The notes beneath the pieces were generated by a model, which ran no database searches, was not told the DNA's origin, and saw only the letters and a list, made by a program, of their open reading frames with translations. From an uncultured Methanosarcinaceae archaeon (GTDB lineage Archaea > Halobacteriota > Methanosarcinia > Methanosarcinales > Methanosarcinaceae), in contig CAVRJG010000015.1 in NCBI GenBank assembly GCA_963721455.1, forward strand, positions 32,001-96,000: DNA of 64,000 nt, given 5' to 3'. Below are positions 41,562 to 52,137 of this stretch, in pieces (position 1 is the first letter of the stretch; every line of letters begins with the position of its first letter). Made by a program: the position numbers and the translations under genes.

Positions 41562-42176
41562 TCATTCGATGTTCGTGTGCCTTGATTTAAGTTCGGCTTC
41601 AGACGCGCCTGTAAGCATAATAAGTTGAGCGATTATCGAATCAAGGAAAATAAGCGAGGTAATTTCAAAAGATGTGCCCAGAGGAGGCAGGTTTTTGTAA
41701 TCTCCCCGCATATTTCTTTCAAGGTAGCCGCCTGCGTCAAGGTCGTTTTTAGTCTTGCTCGGAAGGATCATAGCAATATCCGAGGTTCTACCGAGTGTGG
41801 ATTCTTTTTTAGAGGTAACCGTTATGAGGGTTGAGCCAATATCTTTTACTATTTTTCCAAGGTCAGCTATAGAACGGGTTTCCCCTGACCCTGAAATGGC
41901 AATCACCACATCCTGCGGCTGGACAGCAGGGGTTGTGGTTTCGCCGACCACATACGCGCTGAATCCAAGGTGCATAAGCCGCATTGCAAAGGCTTTGGCA
42001 ACAAGCCCTGACCTTCCAGCTCCCATCACAAAGACGCTTTCGCCTTCCAGGATTTTCTGGACCATAGCCTTTATGGCTTCTCTGTCAAGTTTGCCAATTA
42101 CCTCATTGAGGTTTTCTACGATCAGTCTCATTGAGATTATTACATCTTCGCAGTCGTTTACCTGAGTTTTATTCAT
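41562..42176 (-). CDS. hxlB: 6-phospho-3-hexuloisomerase
   Basis: GAGRSG, MRLMHLG, SGSGET, C-terminal RHTNIE. Confidence 0.92.
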   Translation of the reverse strand: MNKTQVNDCEDVIISMRLIVENLNEVIGKLDREAIKAMVQKILEGESVFVMGAGRSGLVAKAFAMRLMHLGFSAYVVGETTTPAVQPQDVVIAISGSGETRSIADLGKIVKDIGSTLITVTSKKESTLGRTSDIAMILPSKTKNDLDAGGYLERNMRGDYKNLPPLGTSFEITSLIFLDSIIAQLIMLTGASEAELKSRHTNIE

Positions 42177-42394
42177 ATGAGTTCTCCAAAAAACATTGGG
42201 TAAAATACTTGATTCCTTATAAATAATAAATTGATTAGTGCCTTATCTACTTGTCTACATCAGTAATTGGAAATAACTTTTGAAACTCCTTCCCGATACC
42301 CTTCTTCACTTACCTATAAATATATTATGGGGATTTCAGGACAAATTCCTGGAAGCTTTCTTCGTATCCTACCGTAATCGGCAGCCTAAGTTTT

Positions 42395-42916
42395 TTATCG
42401 GCTTGTTTGCGGTTCAGTTTTATAATTAATAGCTTTGAGTTCCCAGTTTTCAATATTATTTTTGAACTCATGATAGAGTCTCTGGATATCACAGTCACTC
42501 CCATTCCAGTAAAAGTCCTTACGCGCTTCTCCCTTTCGGAGCTCTTCAAGTATGAACTTTGACAGATGGAAAAGGGCTTTTTTATTGGAAAAAGGAATAC
42601 TATAGTTTACGCGATAACCGCCGGCTGTTTTTCCATAGGACACCAGTGTGTACCCTTTACTCTCATACTCCGTGATCTCATCAAAGTTGCAGATTATCTC
42701 AAACTCATGGACCGTAGACTGGTCCACTTTTGAAATTCCTATGAGTACCTGCGCTATAATGTAATCAGGAACCTTCCGTCCAAACCATACGGCAATTTTC
42801 CCGTAGGTACAAATTACGTTGACGTCATTCCTGCCCATCTCAAAGGAGCCTAGGGACTGCGGAGGGGATATTTTAGCTTCCAGGTCTTGGGTCTTCTGGG
42901 CACACATTGCTTCCAC
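42395..42916 (-). CDS. Hypothetical protein, third gene of the Era-like/DUF2073 operon
   Basis: 173-aa ORF starting 5 bp after the DUF2073 gene; no recognised motif. Confidence 0.65.
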   Translation of the reverse strand: MEAMCAQKTQDLEAKISPPQSLGSFEMGRNDVNVICTYGKIAVWFGRKVPDYIIAQVLIGISKVDQSTVHEFEIICNFDEITEYESKGYTLVSYGKTAGGYRVNYSIPFSNKKALFHLSKFILEELRKGEARKDFYWNGSDCDIQRLYHEFKNNIENWELKAINYKTEPQTSR

Positions 42917-42921
42917 TTCGT

Positions 42922-43290
42922 TTACTTACTTGCAGAGACAAGTGCACTGATCAGGTTCCGATCTTTCCTAAGGGTTTTGAGCTGGTTTGCAGGCCCTATC
43001 ACTGTAAGTCTCTTGTTGCTCTGTTTTTTGAAAAACTTTCCCAGCAACGAAGAGTCCACATTTGCAGGATAACTTTGCATTTCAATGCCTGAAAATACAT
43101 CAGGCTGGATTGCTGACATTGTCATCTCTATTAGCTTTGCTTCCTCCATAGGGTTCAGGCCTTTTTCAAGAACCAGGATTTTGCCTTTCCGTACCTCATC
43201 AATTATGTATCGGACTTTTTCCATCGAAGCCATCTGAGAAATTCTTGCTTCGGATATCAGATCAAGTTGAATTCCCTGCATGTCGATCAC
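42922..43290 (-). CDS. DUF2073 (OapB-like) protein
   Basis: GKILVLEKGLNPMEEAKLIEMTM...RLTVIGPAN. Confidence 0.85.
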   Translation of the reverse strand: MIDMQGIQLDLISEARISQMASMEKVRYIIDEVRKGKILVLEKGLNPMEEAKLIEMTMSAIQPDVFSGIEMQSYPANVDSSLLGKFFKKQSNKRLTVIGPANQLKTLRKDRNLISALVSASK

Positions 43291-43928
43291 CCGAACTGTT
43301 TTGCCAGAGCTTCGTAAAACGAATCCATTCCGACCCCATCAAGTGCCGAAACTGGCACCATGGGGTGTTGCGGGAAGGCATCCTTTATGCCGGCTGGGTC
43401 GGAATCAGGAAGGTCTACCTTATTTGCTACGATCAAAAGCGGAAGGTTTCTGGCTTCCATATTTCCTATTACAGTTACGTTGACCTGTGTATAGGGGTTT
43501 TCTGTTGAGTCCATAACCAGTATTACGCCGTCGAGATCATCGAGCCATTTGACAGCTTCAATCACGCCTTCTGTCGCTTCTTTAGATCTTTTCTTCGATT
43601 CGGAGTCACTCATTCCCTGCTCCATGAAGTCATGGAAATCGATTTTTGTGGCAAGCCCTGGTGTATCTACAATGTCAAGGCTAATTGTATGCCCGTTAGC
43701 TTCTATACTTACGGCGTTCCTTCTTTTTGCATGCCTGGTTTCATGGGCGATATGAGATACAGAACCCATCGTTTCGTCGCCTCCTACCCAATCCTTGAGG
43801 ATCCGGTTGCTGAGAGTCGTCTTGCCGGCATTGGGGGGACCGTAGATTCCTATGCATGCTCCTTTTTTCTTAAACAGCTTGTTGAACATTTTTGAAAAGC
43901 TTACCTTAAATCGTTTTATCATATTCAT
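43287..43928 (-). CDS. Era-like small GTPase (OapA-like)
   Basis: GIYGPPNAGKTTL, DTPG, NKVD, VSAL. Confidence 0.88.
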   Translation of the reverse strand: MNMIKRFKVSFSKMFNKLFKKKGACIGIYGPPNAGKTTLSNRILKDWVGGDETMGSVSHIAHETRHAKRRNAVSIEANGHTISLDIVDTPGLATKIDFHDFMEQGMSDSESKKRSKEATEGVIEAVKWLDDLDGVILVMDSTENPYTQVNVTVIGNMEARNLPLLIVANKVDLPDSDPAGIKDAFPQHPMVPVSALDGVGMDSFYEALAKQFG

Positions 43929-44626
43929 AGCTTCCCTCCATTGGGATAAGCATAACACCTAAGGATTTCTCGGATTGCTTTCCTGTATGGGTTGGTATTT
44001 ACAGTAATTTTTTATCTATTGATCCATACATATAAATAATTTCTATTTGTTAGACTGAGGGAATCGAGGGAAATTGGAGAGGTTTCTTTCTCCTTTCCGG
44101 CATACCTGGATATAATTAGAAAACTTCGGATCCTTTCTATGGTAAAATAGAAATTGCCTTCGTGGAAATAACACCAGGATATAAATAAATTACTTTTTAT
44201 CGCCCTTTTCCCTGATTAGATTAATAAAAAACTTTTTATAAAGAAGGTTTTCAGATCTTCTTTAACTCTTTTCATTTGTATTAAATTTTTTATATATGTA
44301 CTGATGTTCTATACTTTCCTTTATATCTTTTCCTATTTTTATTCATTGACTCTTAAAAATATAAATTGTTTTTCTTGATGACAGACTTTTCGTATCCTGC
44401 TCATATAATTATCTCTTTGTGGCCTTTTACAGATTAGTTTCCCAATATAAATTTCAAGATATCTCTTGAGCAACTCAGGGCATTGAAAAACCTATTATCC
44501 CGGATTTAAGGTCTTAGCTATATATTTAATTTTTTTATTACTTTAAGGATATTTTGCTTTAAAAGAAATATTTCTTTATCTTTTCTAATTGCGGAGTACT
44601 TCTGATTTCTCCAGCAGGATATCTAT

Positions 44627-45622
44627 TCATTTGTCCCGAATTGCCGAGTTTATCGCAATTTCGGCTATATTGGAGCCGAGGTCTCCTATTCTGGATAGGC
44701 TGTCTACAACTGTTCCGAGTGAAATCATGATTTCATGTGATTCCAGTTTTAGAATAGATGCATGTAATTCCTCTACCTGTGCGCGCATATTGTCAACACT
44801 ATCTATTACCTGATTGGCAAGAGAAGTGTCGGCATCAAAGAGGGCCTCTACTGACTGCTTTACCAGCTCCATGTAAGCGTTATTGAGCGTTTCGATGTCT
44901 TCTATTACATTATCATTAACAGGCGGCTGCATTTTTGAAGCAACATTTGCTATTCTTTGTGCGTGGTCTGCTATCCTTTCCAGTGGGCTTGCCGCCATTC
45001 TAAACTCATGGTATTCCTCTATACTTGTTTCTGCGGAATCCGGCATTCTCCCGCCGCAGAGAATAGAGCGGAACTGCTTGGAAATCAGGAGGCACAGCCT
45101 GTCAACCTCGTCATCTCTCTGACTAACATCAAGTGCAAGGTCGTGATCGACAGTTTTAAGGGCTCTTACTGCATCCTTTTGCATGGATCCTGCAATAAGG
45201 AACATCCTGTGTACACCTTTTTTGATCGAAAGCTCATCTGGGTTAAGGAGATCCTGGATAACCACACAACTTGAGCTCTCTTCAATAATTTCGGGGCCTA
45301 TCAGTTTGTAGCAGACCTTCCGGATCACCTTTTTCTGTTCTGCAAGTATTCTTTTTGATGAAAACTCGATCCTGTCGTATCCATAGAGATATGCAGCAAT
45401 GATATCTCTCTCCAGTGCTTTTACTTCACGGCCGGTCACATCAATTCTTTTGGTTTTGATTACTCGCTCTTCCAGAACAGGGTCTATCAGTAGTTTTCCG
45501 TCTGGCCGCGCTTGGAGGGAAACCCTCATGCCGGTTTTGATTCCCACTTTTTCGGCCCATTGTTTTGGAAGGGAAATGATGTAAGTGGATCCGCCTGTCT
45601 GCTGTACTTTTCTGGTCTCTAT
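44627..45622 (-). CDS. phoU: AbrB-PhoU phosphate uptake regulator, probable ATA start
   Basis: In-frame extension IETRKVQQTGGSTYIISLPKQWAEK upstream of the track's GTG; DDEVDR and ERIADHA PhoU motifs. Confidence 0.88.
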   Translation of the reverse strand: METRKVQQTGGSTYIISLPKQWAEKVGIKTGMRVSLQARPDGKLLIDPVLEERVIKTKRIDVTGREVKALERDIIAAYLYGYDRIEFSSKRILAEQKKVIRKVCYKLIGPEIIEESSSCVVIQDLLNPDELSIKKGVHRMFLIAGSMQKDAVRALKTVDHDLALDVSQRDDEVDRLCLLISKQFRSILCGGRMPDSAETSIEEYHEFRMAASPLERIADHAQRIANVASKMQPPVNDNVIEDIETLNNAYMELVKQSVEALFDADTSLANQVIDSVDNMRAQVEELHASILKLESHEIMISLGTVVDSLSRIGDLGSNIAEIAINSAIRDK

Positions 45623-45692
45623 ATTGATTCCCCGTTTTTGGTTAGAACTGCTAAGTCCGAGATTGGTAATATTTACTCATATTTTTATAATA

Positions 45693-45736
45693 ATTCCTGG
45701 CTAATATTTAGAAGTGATTCCTGGCTAATATTTAGA
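45693..45736. repeat. 20-bp direct repeat in the phoU/aroK divergent promoter region
   Basis: ATTCCTGGCTAATATTTAGA at 45693 and 45717. Confidence 0.8.
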
Positions 45737-45889
45737 TATACTTTTTCGATATACGCAGCATTCAACTTTACTATTTATATTTGTGGATTCCTTTTTTGTG
45801 AATAAGTTACGGAACATGCAATTCAGGGTATTTTAGATCTGCTCTGGAAACAAGTAGCAAAAAATATTAAAGAACAGCGCATTCTGGGC

Positions 45890-46774
45890 GTGATGACACT
45901 TGAAGGGCACGCCTGCGCATCGGGAGCAGGAACCATAATAAACGCCATAGCTACCTGGAAGGGTGCAGCATTCGGGATAGATTTAAAGACTTTTGCAAAG
46001 GTTGAGCTTTCAGAAAACGAAATAGGGATTTCGGGTTCCATCGAAGAGGCGCCTGAAGGAGATGCCCGCCTTATAGAGCGCTGTGTTGAAATGGCTCTTG
46101 AAAGGTTCGGGCTTGAACTGGGCGGCACGGTAAGGACGAAAAGTGAAATCCCTGTGGCAGGCGGGCTCAAGAGCAGTAGTGCCGCAGCAAACGCTTCAGT
46201 CCTTGCAACCCTCCGTGCGGTTGGTGAGACTCTTCCGCCTCTTGAGATCGTGAAACTCGGGGTAAAAGCTGCAAAAGAAGTAGGTGTTACTGTAACAGGC
46301 GCCTTTGATGATGCATGTGCTTCTTTCTTCGGAGGGATTGTGGTTACTGATAACAGGAAAATGGAACTTCTCAGACGTGAAGAAAAAGAATCAAAGGTCT
46401 TGATATTTGCCCCTGCCAGAAGGGCTTTCAGTGCGGACACGGATGTGAAACGCTCCCGGCTCATCGCCCCCTATGTGGAAATCGCATACGGTCTTGCCCT
46501 TGAAGGTGACTACGAACAAGCCATGACGCTAAACGGTTTCCTCTACTGTGGGGCTCTTGGCTTTGATACGGAACATATGCTTCGAGCTCTCGAATGCGGG
46601 GTAAAAGGGGTGAGCCTGTCTGGAACCGGCCCTTCCTATGCAGCACTTGTGAGGGCAGAGCAGGTAAAAGAGCTGAAATCTGCCTGGGAAAGCTGTGGGA
46701 TGGAAGGCAGGGTTATAGAAACCTCTATAAATAACAGAGATGCAATGTCTTTATACAGCGAGGGGTCCACTTGA
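45890..46774 (+). CDS. aroK: Archaeal shikimate kinase (GHMP family)
   Basis: GAGTIINAIATWKGAAF, GLKSSSAAAN, TGAFDD, SGTGPS. Confidence 0.93.
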   Translation: MMTLEGHACASGAGTIINAIATWKGAAFGIDLKTFAKVELSENEIGISGSIEEAPEGDARLIERCVEMALERFGLELGGTVRTKSEIPVAGGLKSSSAAANASVLATLRAVGETLPPLEIVKLGVKAAKEVGVTVTGAFDDACASFFGGIVVTDNRKMELLRREEKESKVLIFAPARRAFSADTDVKRSRLIAPYVEIAYGLALEGDYEQAMTLNGFLYCGALGFDTEHMLRALECGVKGVSLSGTGPSYAALVRAEQVKELKSAWESCGMEGRVIETSINNRDAMSLYSEGST

Positions 46775-47058
46775 GTGAACTTAAAACTGTCCGCAAAGAA
46801 ATTGAGGAAATCGATAGGGAAATTCTTGCCCTTATAGATCGAAGAGTAAGTCTGGCCGAAAAAGTGCTTGAATCAAAAAGAATAAATGGAACTTCGATAA
46901 ATGACCGTAAACAAAATGAGGTTGTAATCAATAGGGCCTTAAATGCCGCAACCGAACTCAACCTTGATGTGGGCTCTGTAAAGGATATTTTTGAGATTCT
47001 TATCAGGATGAGTATAGAACGCCAGAATGAGTTAAGTGGCAAGGGAAACTTGCCCTGA
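46771..47058 (+). CDS. aroQ: Chorismate mutase (AroQ class)
   Basis: RKEIEEIDREILALIDRR; SIERQ. Confidence 0.88.
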   Translation: MSELKTVRKEIEEIDREILALIDRRVSLAEKVLESKRINGTSINDRKQNEVVINRALNAATELNLDVGSVKDIFEILIRMSIERQNELSGKGNLP

Positions 47059-47078
47059 CTGCCTAAGAGGAGCTAAAA

Positions 47079-47480
47079 ATGGTTGATATCTCAGTAATTA
47101 TGGGTTCCGAATCCGACAGGTTAATCGCCAATCGTGCGACATCTGTGCTTGAAAAGAGCAAATACACTTACGAAGTAATGGTTATTTCCGCTCACAGGAA
47201 CCCGACCGAACTTGACAGCTACATCTCAAGCACCGACGCAAAGGTCTTTATCGCAATTGCAGGTTTATCGGCAGCTCTTCCAGGCGTTGTGGCCTCCAGG
47301 ACGAAAAGGCCTGTAATAGGAGTCCCTGTAAGTGCAAAACTCGGCGGGCTTGATGCTCTTCTCTCCATAGCCCAGATGCCTCCGGGGGTGCCTGTCGGAA
47401 GCGTAGGAATCGATAATGGGGCAAACGGCGCATATTTTGCCCTGAGAATTCTGGATTTAATTGACATCGTCAAGGCTTAA
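47079..47480 (+). CDS. purE: N5-CAIR mutase
   Basis: [30 protein letters not shown]. Confidence 0.93.
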   Translation: MVDISVIMGSESDRLIANRATSVLEKSKYTYEVMVISAHRNPTELDSYISSTDAKVFIAIAGLSAALPGVVASRTKRPVIGVPVSAKLGGLDALLSIAQMPPGVPVGSVGIDNGANGAYFALRILDLIDIVKA

Positions 47481-47709
47481 AGAATCCTATTAAAGATTAA
47501 ATGAATCTAAAGATTAAATGAATCCTATTAAAGGCTTAAAACATCAATAAATTTACTATGTTCTGTGGGCTTCACCTCTGGAACCTTTTTTTCAAGCCAT
47601 ATCAATTATTCACCTCCTGTTCAATCTTGAATTATTCGATTATCTTTTCTTATCAGGCATAGCTTTGTTAATCAGATGCGAAACGGAATCAGGCTGAGTT
47701 GCAGTGTAA

Positions 47710-47845
47710 AGGAAAAGTGTTAGGATAGGAAAAGTAGGGTTAGGAAAAGTAGGGTTAGGAAAAGTAGGGTTAGGAAAAGTAGGATTAGGAAAAGTTAGTG
47801 TTGGGGATAGGGCATCTGGGTATTGGGAGTGTGGGGAGTTGGGGG
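47710..47845 (+). repeat. 15-bp purine-rich tandem repeat followed by a G-tract cluster
   Basis: TAGGAAAAGTAGGGT x~5 (47726-47795); six runs of 3 or more G at 47803-47845. Confidence 0.85.
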
Positions 47846-48198
47846 ATAAAGTGTTGGCTGAGGTTTACAACAGAAATAGATTTTTCCCAGATGCCCTACT
47901 TATAAATATGCGAGGTATTATATAATAATAAGGATATGCGGTGGCTTGGGGGCGAACTTTTCCCAGTACTCTTATTTTTTGAGAAAGACCTTTTAAATCA
48001 GACCTTACGTTGGTAAATCCGGATTCAAGCTTGAAAAACCATATGAATGACAGAAATCAAAAATCAAAAATAAGAAAAATAAACTAATAAAAAATAAAAA
48101 AATAAAAAAAGTAAGAAGATGTTGCTTTGAAGAATTGCAGTGTTTTTAAACTCTGAAATGAATATAAATGTCTGTTTACCAGGACGCCTCCTTGAAAC

Positions 48199-48876
48199 TC
48201 AGTTTTTGTCGATGAGTTTTGCTTCCAGGATCTTTAAGGAGCCAATGTCACCCTGCCATTCAATTTCGCTTTTTACAATTTCAATGCGCTTTTTAAAGAA
48301 GGGGGCGTCAAGGACGACAGTCTCGTATTCTCCGCCTTCTCCGGCCATGTGAACCATATATCTGCGGTTCAGGGCTTTGAGATTTTCGATTGAGTTTACA
48401 TTTATAGGGCGACCCAGCCAGGATTTATCGAGGCCATCGGCTGCAACCTTGACAATCCGGATATCGAGCACTTTTGCCATCTCATTGAGCAACCCTTCAG
48501 GGTCTCTATGCCAGAGAGGGGCATAGACCTTAAGCCCCAGGGAGTCACAGATCTTTTGCACTCTACCTGCCTGATACTGAGATTCAATAGCGCCTACGGA
48601 CACCCCATCTACATTTACTTTCTTGAGGGCGAGGGTCAGGTCATCCAGTTCAAGTTCCTTTATTCCGCTGGACTGCTGCTGGATCAATGGGATTTCACAG
48701 GCGGCAGAAATTAATTCTACCATGTGGAGGTTGATGGAATGGTACATGTAGGAATCTTCCCTTGCGGGAATGATATTAATCAGGTGGGTGACTTCATGCC
48801 CTTCTTCAAGGGCCTTGTATATGGCAAAAATCGAGTCCTTGCCACCGGAAACCAGTGCTGCGAGTTTCATCTGCAT
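48199..48876 (-). CDS. dph6: Diphthine-ammonia ligase family (PP-loop)
   Basis: SGGKDS, SYMYH, GEGGEYET. Confidence 0.85.
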   Translation of the reverse strand: MQMKLAALVSGGKDSIFAIYKALEEGHEVTHLINIIPAREDSYMYHSINLHMVELISAACEIPLIQQQSSGIKELELDDLTLALKKVNVDGVSVGAIESQYQAGRVQKICDSLGLKVYAPLWHRDPEGLLNEMAKVLDIRIVKVAADGLDKSWLGRPINVNSIENLKALNRRYMVHMAGEGGEYETVVLDAPFFKKRIEIVKSEIEWQGDIGSLKILEAKLIDKN

Positions 48877-49195
48877 CCCTTTATGTTTTACTATCTTTTT
48901 CGTACGTCAGCGTTATACTGCGTGGATCATTATGTAATATTTTTATGTAACTATTCAGCCGGGGAAAAACAACTTCAATAGCCATCTTTCATAAGATTCA
49001 GTGGGCAAATTTCTCTGAATTAATTTCCGTTAATTGTTGATTATTGATTGCGTTTTTTATTTTTTCATTGGTTAGTAATCACATTTATCTGTGACGTTAA
49101 AATCAATATCAATCAACTGATCTCGGGGAGGTTGGATAGTTACTATTTTATATCCTTTTTGACTTTTCAGCATATTATCTTCGGTATTCGCAATT

Positions 49196-50095
49196 TCAGC
49201 ACCCTTTCTCCAGCTTTCCGAAATTGGCTTCATAACGGACTGTCATTTCTTCCCAGGTGGGAAGGCCTGTCTGGCAGCCCCGGGTCTCTACAGCAAAAGA
49301 GGCTACCGTTGACCCTACTTTTCCGCATGTGGAAATAGTGTATCCTCTTGCAAGGGCTAGAAGGAAACCAGCCCTGTAAGCATCTCCTGCTCCCGTAGGG
49401 TCTACAGCTCTGACAGAAACTACAGGAATCGTAAATTCTTCTTTACCGTCATAGATTCTGCTGCCTTCTGCATCGTATGTGACCACGATAATGTCAATCA
49501 TGGCCTTGAGTTCCGAGAAGCTTTTTCCGGTCATCTCCGAAACTCGCCTGATTTCGTATCGGTTCGCAAAAAGGATATCAGTATGAGCAAGGATGAGCTC
49601 AAGGTTTTCTTTTGAATATGTAACAAGATCCTGGCCAGGATCAAAAGATACGAAACCTGCAATTTGTGCGATCTTTGCATTATAGACGGAATCTGCGGTT
49701 GCAAGATGGACAAAATCCGCAGGCTCGGGTTCTAATTCTTTGAATTTTGAAGAGGCTCCCCAGTAAAAATAGGTTGTCTGGTTGTCTTTCCTGTCCGTGA
49801 AAATGAACGCCTTGGAAATTTTCCGGTCCTCGATCCGGTAGAGGCGGGAAAGGTCAACTTGCGCGTCTTTAAGGAGTTTCTCATATCCCGAGCTTGCAAA
49901 ATCCGTACCCACAGGGGAAATCAGCTGGCTCTTTCCCCCCAGCTTTGCGATGGCAACCGCAATATTGGCAGCCCCTCCACCAGGGTATTCTTCATAGTCA
50001 ATGACAGGGGACGATTCGTTTTTTCCTGCGATTTTTTCAACATCTACGATGTAATCAAGGGCCGTGTGCCCCACGATGGAAATTACTCTGTCCAT
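49196..50095 (-). CDS. PfkB-family carbohydrate/nucleoside kinase
   Basis: GGGAANIA, FDPGQ, DPTGAGDAY. Confidence 0.9.
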   Translation of the reverse strand: MDRVISIVGHTALDYIVDVEKIAGKNESSPVIDYEEYPGGGAANIAVAIAKLGGKSQLISPVGTDFASSGYEKLLKDAQVDLSRLYRIEDRKISKAFIFTDRKDNQTTYFYWGASSKFKELEPEPADFVHLATADSVYNAKIAQIAGFVSFDPGQDLVTYSKENLELILAHTDILFANRYEIRRVSEMTGKSFSELKAMIDIIVVTYDAEGSRIYDGKEEFTIPVVSVRAVDPTGAGDAYRAGFLLALARGYTISTCGKVGSTVASFAVETRGCQTGLPTWEEMTVRYEANFGKLEKGC

Positions 50096-50346
50096 GTAGT
50101 GTCCTCTTTTTTCGTGGGTTCTGGGGAAGCTCAGGGTCTTTAAGGTTGGATATGTCTTTAAAAGTCAGGTAAGCACGCAGGAAAAATAAAAAATACTTTT
50201 TTGCTGGCGTCTATCGATAACATACGTTCTCTTTTCAGCCGTGTGCCTTTTTAAGCCCTGCCTGAATGAAATTACAGGCATAACCAACCCAGCATCCTGC
50301 CTTCTTCTATTAAGGTATTTTTACAGGTTTTCAGGAGAAAATCTAT

Positions 50347-50736
50347 TTATTTACTTGCTTTGCTCTTCTGCTGCTGTTCACCCTTCTCGCCTGACCGTTC
50401 AAATTCGGTCACTTCGACAACTGTTAATGGAATATCCCTGAGGGATTTACCTATCACGGATTTTGCTATCCTTTCCGCATGCTCTGCAGATTCGGCATCA
50501 AAAACCTTCATCTCAAAAATAAGTCCTACAAGAGCGGTGTTTGCTGCTATAAAAACACTGCTGAAAGGCTCACCGCATGCCGGGCAGGACGTGGTTCCCA
50601 CGTCGACCTCTACAAAATCCAATTTAGGGTTCAGGCGCTTTCCAGCCTCAGAAATTGCGACTCCTATAGCGTCGTCAGCCGTCTTTACGTCTCTAACCAA
50701 CCAAGCTGCTTCAAGTACCACATGGAAGTTTTTCAT
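50347..50736 (-). CDS. UPF0212/DUF555 protein
   Basis: [31 protein letters not shown]. Confidence 0.85.
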   Translation of the reverse strand: MKNFHVVLEAAWLVRDVKTADDAIGVAISEAGKRLNPKLDFVEVDVGTTSCPACGEPFSSVFIAANTALVGLIFEMKVFDAESAEHAERIAKSVIGKSLRDIPLTVVEVTEFERSGEKGEQQQKSKASK

Positions 50737-51012
50737 TATTGTCCACCGTAATTATTCAATTATACGCATTTTCAAGAATATTTCCCGATCCGGAAAAGTT
50801 TCTACAGAATTTAAAGAATAGAATAAAGTATATAAATTGTTTCTGCTTCAACTAGAATAGTATAGACTTTACTTTTTATATGGTTTTTTAGTTAAGCTTT
50901 TAATTTTTAGTTCTGCAATTTTTCATCCTTCTATTTAAGGCCTCTATGCTTTCTCCCTGACATCAGGGTTCCGACATTTTTGTTTTTGACTTCCTTTTCT
51001 CTTTTTCCTTTT

Positions 51013-51303
51013 TCATATGGTAAAAAGAGTTTCGTCATCTACTGCAAAAACCCCGAGTTTTGCTCCCGCGTCAAGCCAGGCATGACCATAGCTGAAAGAG
51101 GCCAGGGCATTTACAGGGTCTTCGTTTTCCAGAAAATACACCCCGTCTTTGTAATAGGCTTCTGCCATTACATAATAATCCTTCGCAACGGCATACATGT
51201 GGGATCCCTGGATAGGGGCGTATTTTGCTTTCTGGAGTGCTCTTTTTAACATATCTTCATATCTTTTGACCTTTTCATTCAAATCTGCAGGCATTTTGAT
51301 CAC
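51013..51303 (-). CDS. DUF357 protein
   Basis: YYKDG..F...D.VNALASFSYGHAWLDAG. Confidence 0.85.
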   Translation of the reverse strand: MIKMPADLNEKVKRYEDMLKRALQKAKYAPIQGSHMYAVAKDYYVMAEAYYKDGVYFLENEDPVNALASFSYGHAWLDAGAKLGVFAVDDETLFTI

Positions 51304-51336
51304 CAGGAAGGAGGTTAGCAGTTTTATTCTTTTTCA

Positions 51337-52137
51337 TTATTCTGCCTTTTCCATAAACCCTATTGGGCCTCGTGCAAGTTTCACAAGCGCCTCAGCTTCA
51401 AGAAAGTGCAGTTTTCCGGGAATTACGAGGATATGGAGAGGTTTTCCAAAATCGAAATCCTTTAAGTTTTCTGCATAGTCAGCTTTCACAGTCGGTTTTT
51501 CCGAGCCTGCCCTGGCGATTCCTACTGCAGCAGTTCCGTGCATAACCTCCTCTCCCCTTTTTTCTTCAACCTCCAGGAGAAGCTCAAGTGCAGTATTTAT
51601 GGTCATATAGCCCTTTTCTTTATCTATATCCAGAAACACGATAGTATGCAGGCCAAGTCCGGAGTTTTGTTTTATAATGTCATAAGGAGTTTCCGAGATT
51701 ATTCTTGTGCCTCTCCTGCTTTCATAGGGGTGAGGAATGCTTGCGGATTTCCCGAAGCGATAGTTCTGCAGCCCTGTAAGCCCCGAAACGGCCGAGGCAA
51801 TGGAAGCTCCATGAATCAGGTGAGTTTCTATCCCCAGCTTTTCGGCTCTCAGGCGCAAATCTACATGGGTTGTTGAGATCATTGTATCTCCGCCAGTCAG
51901 GAAGCAAATATTCCTGTCTTTTGCTTCGTTCAGCCAGTCAGGATGCTGTTCCACATCCTCTCTTGAAAGCAAAATAACTCTTTTTCCGTAGAGCTTTTCC
52001 ATTCTTTCAAGGTTCGTACCCATGAGACAGGATGTGTAGAACTCCGCATAAACCAGGTCAGCTTCCCTGACAGCCTCAAGTCCTTTTAAAGAAATATCGT
52101 ATTCGTCAAAAAGGCCCAGACCTATAAATGTGAGCAT
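51337..52137 (-). CDS. dph5: Diphthine synthase
   Basis: FIGLGL, EFYTS, STTHVDL, GLQNYRFG, HTIVFLDI. Confidence 0.94.
   Translation of the reverse strand: MLTFIGLGLFDEYDISLKGLEAVREADLVYAEFYTSCLMGTNLERMEKLYGKRVILLSREDVEQHPDWLNEAKDRNICFLTGGDTMISTTHVDLRLRAEKLGIETHLIHGASIASAVSGLTGLQNYRFGKSASIPHPYESRRGTRIISETPYDIIKQNSGLGLHTIVFLDIDKEKGYMTINTALELLLEVEEKRGEEVMHGTAAVGIARAGSEKPTVKADYAENLKDFDFGKPLHILVIPGKLHFLEAEALVKLARGPIGFMEKAE

Noticed and set aside
43960-44600. Replication origin next to the oap-like operon
   Set aside because: Only a weak partial ORB-like TTCGTGGAAA (~44159); no repeated ORBs and no cdc6 in the window
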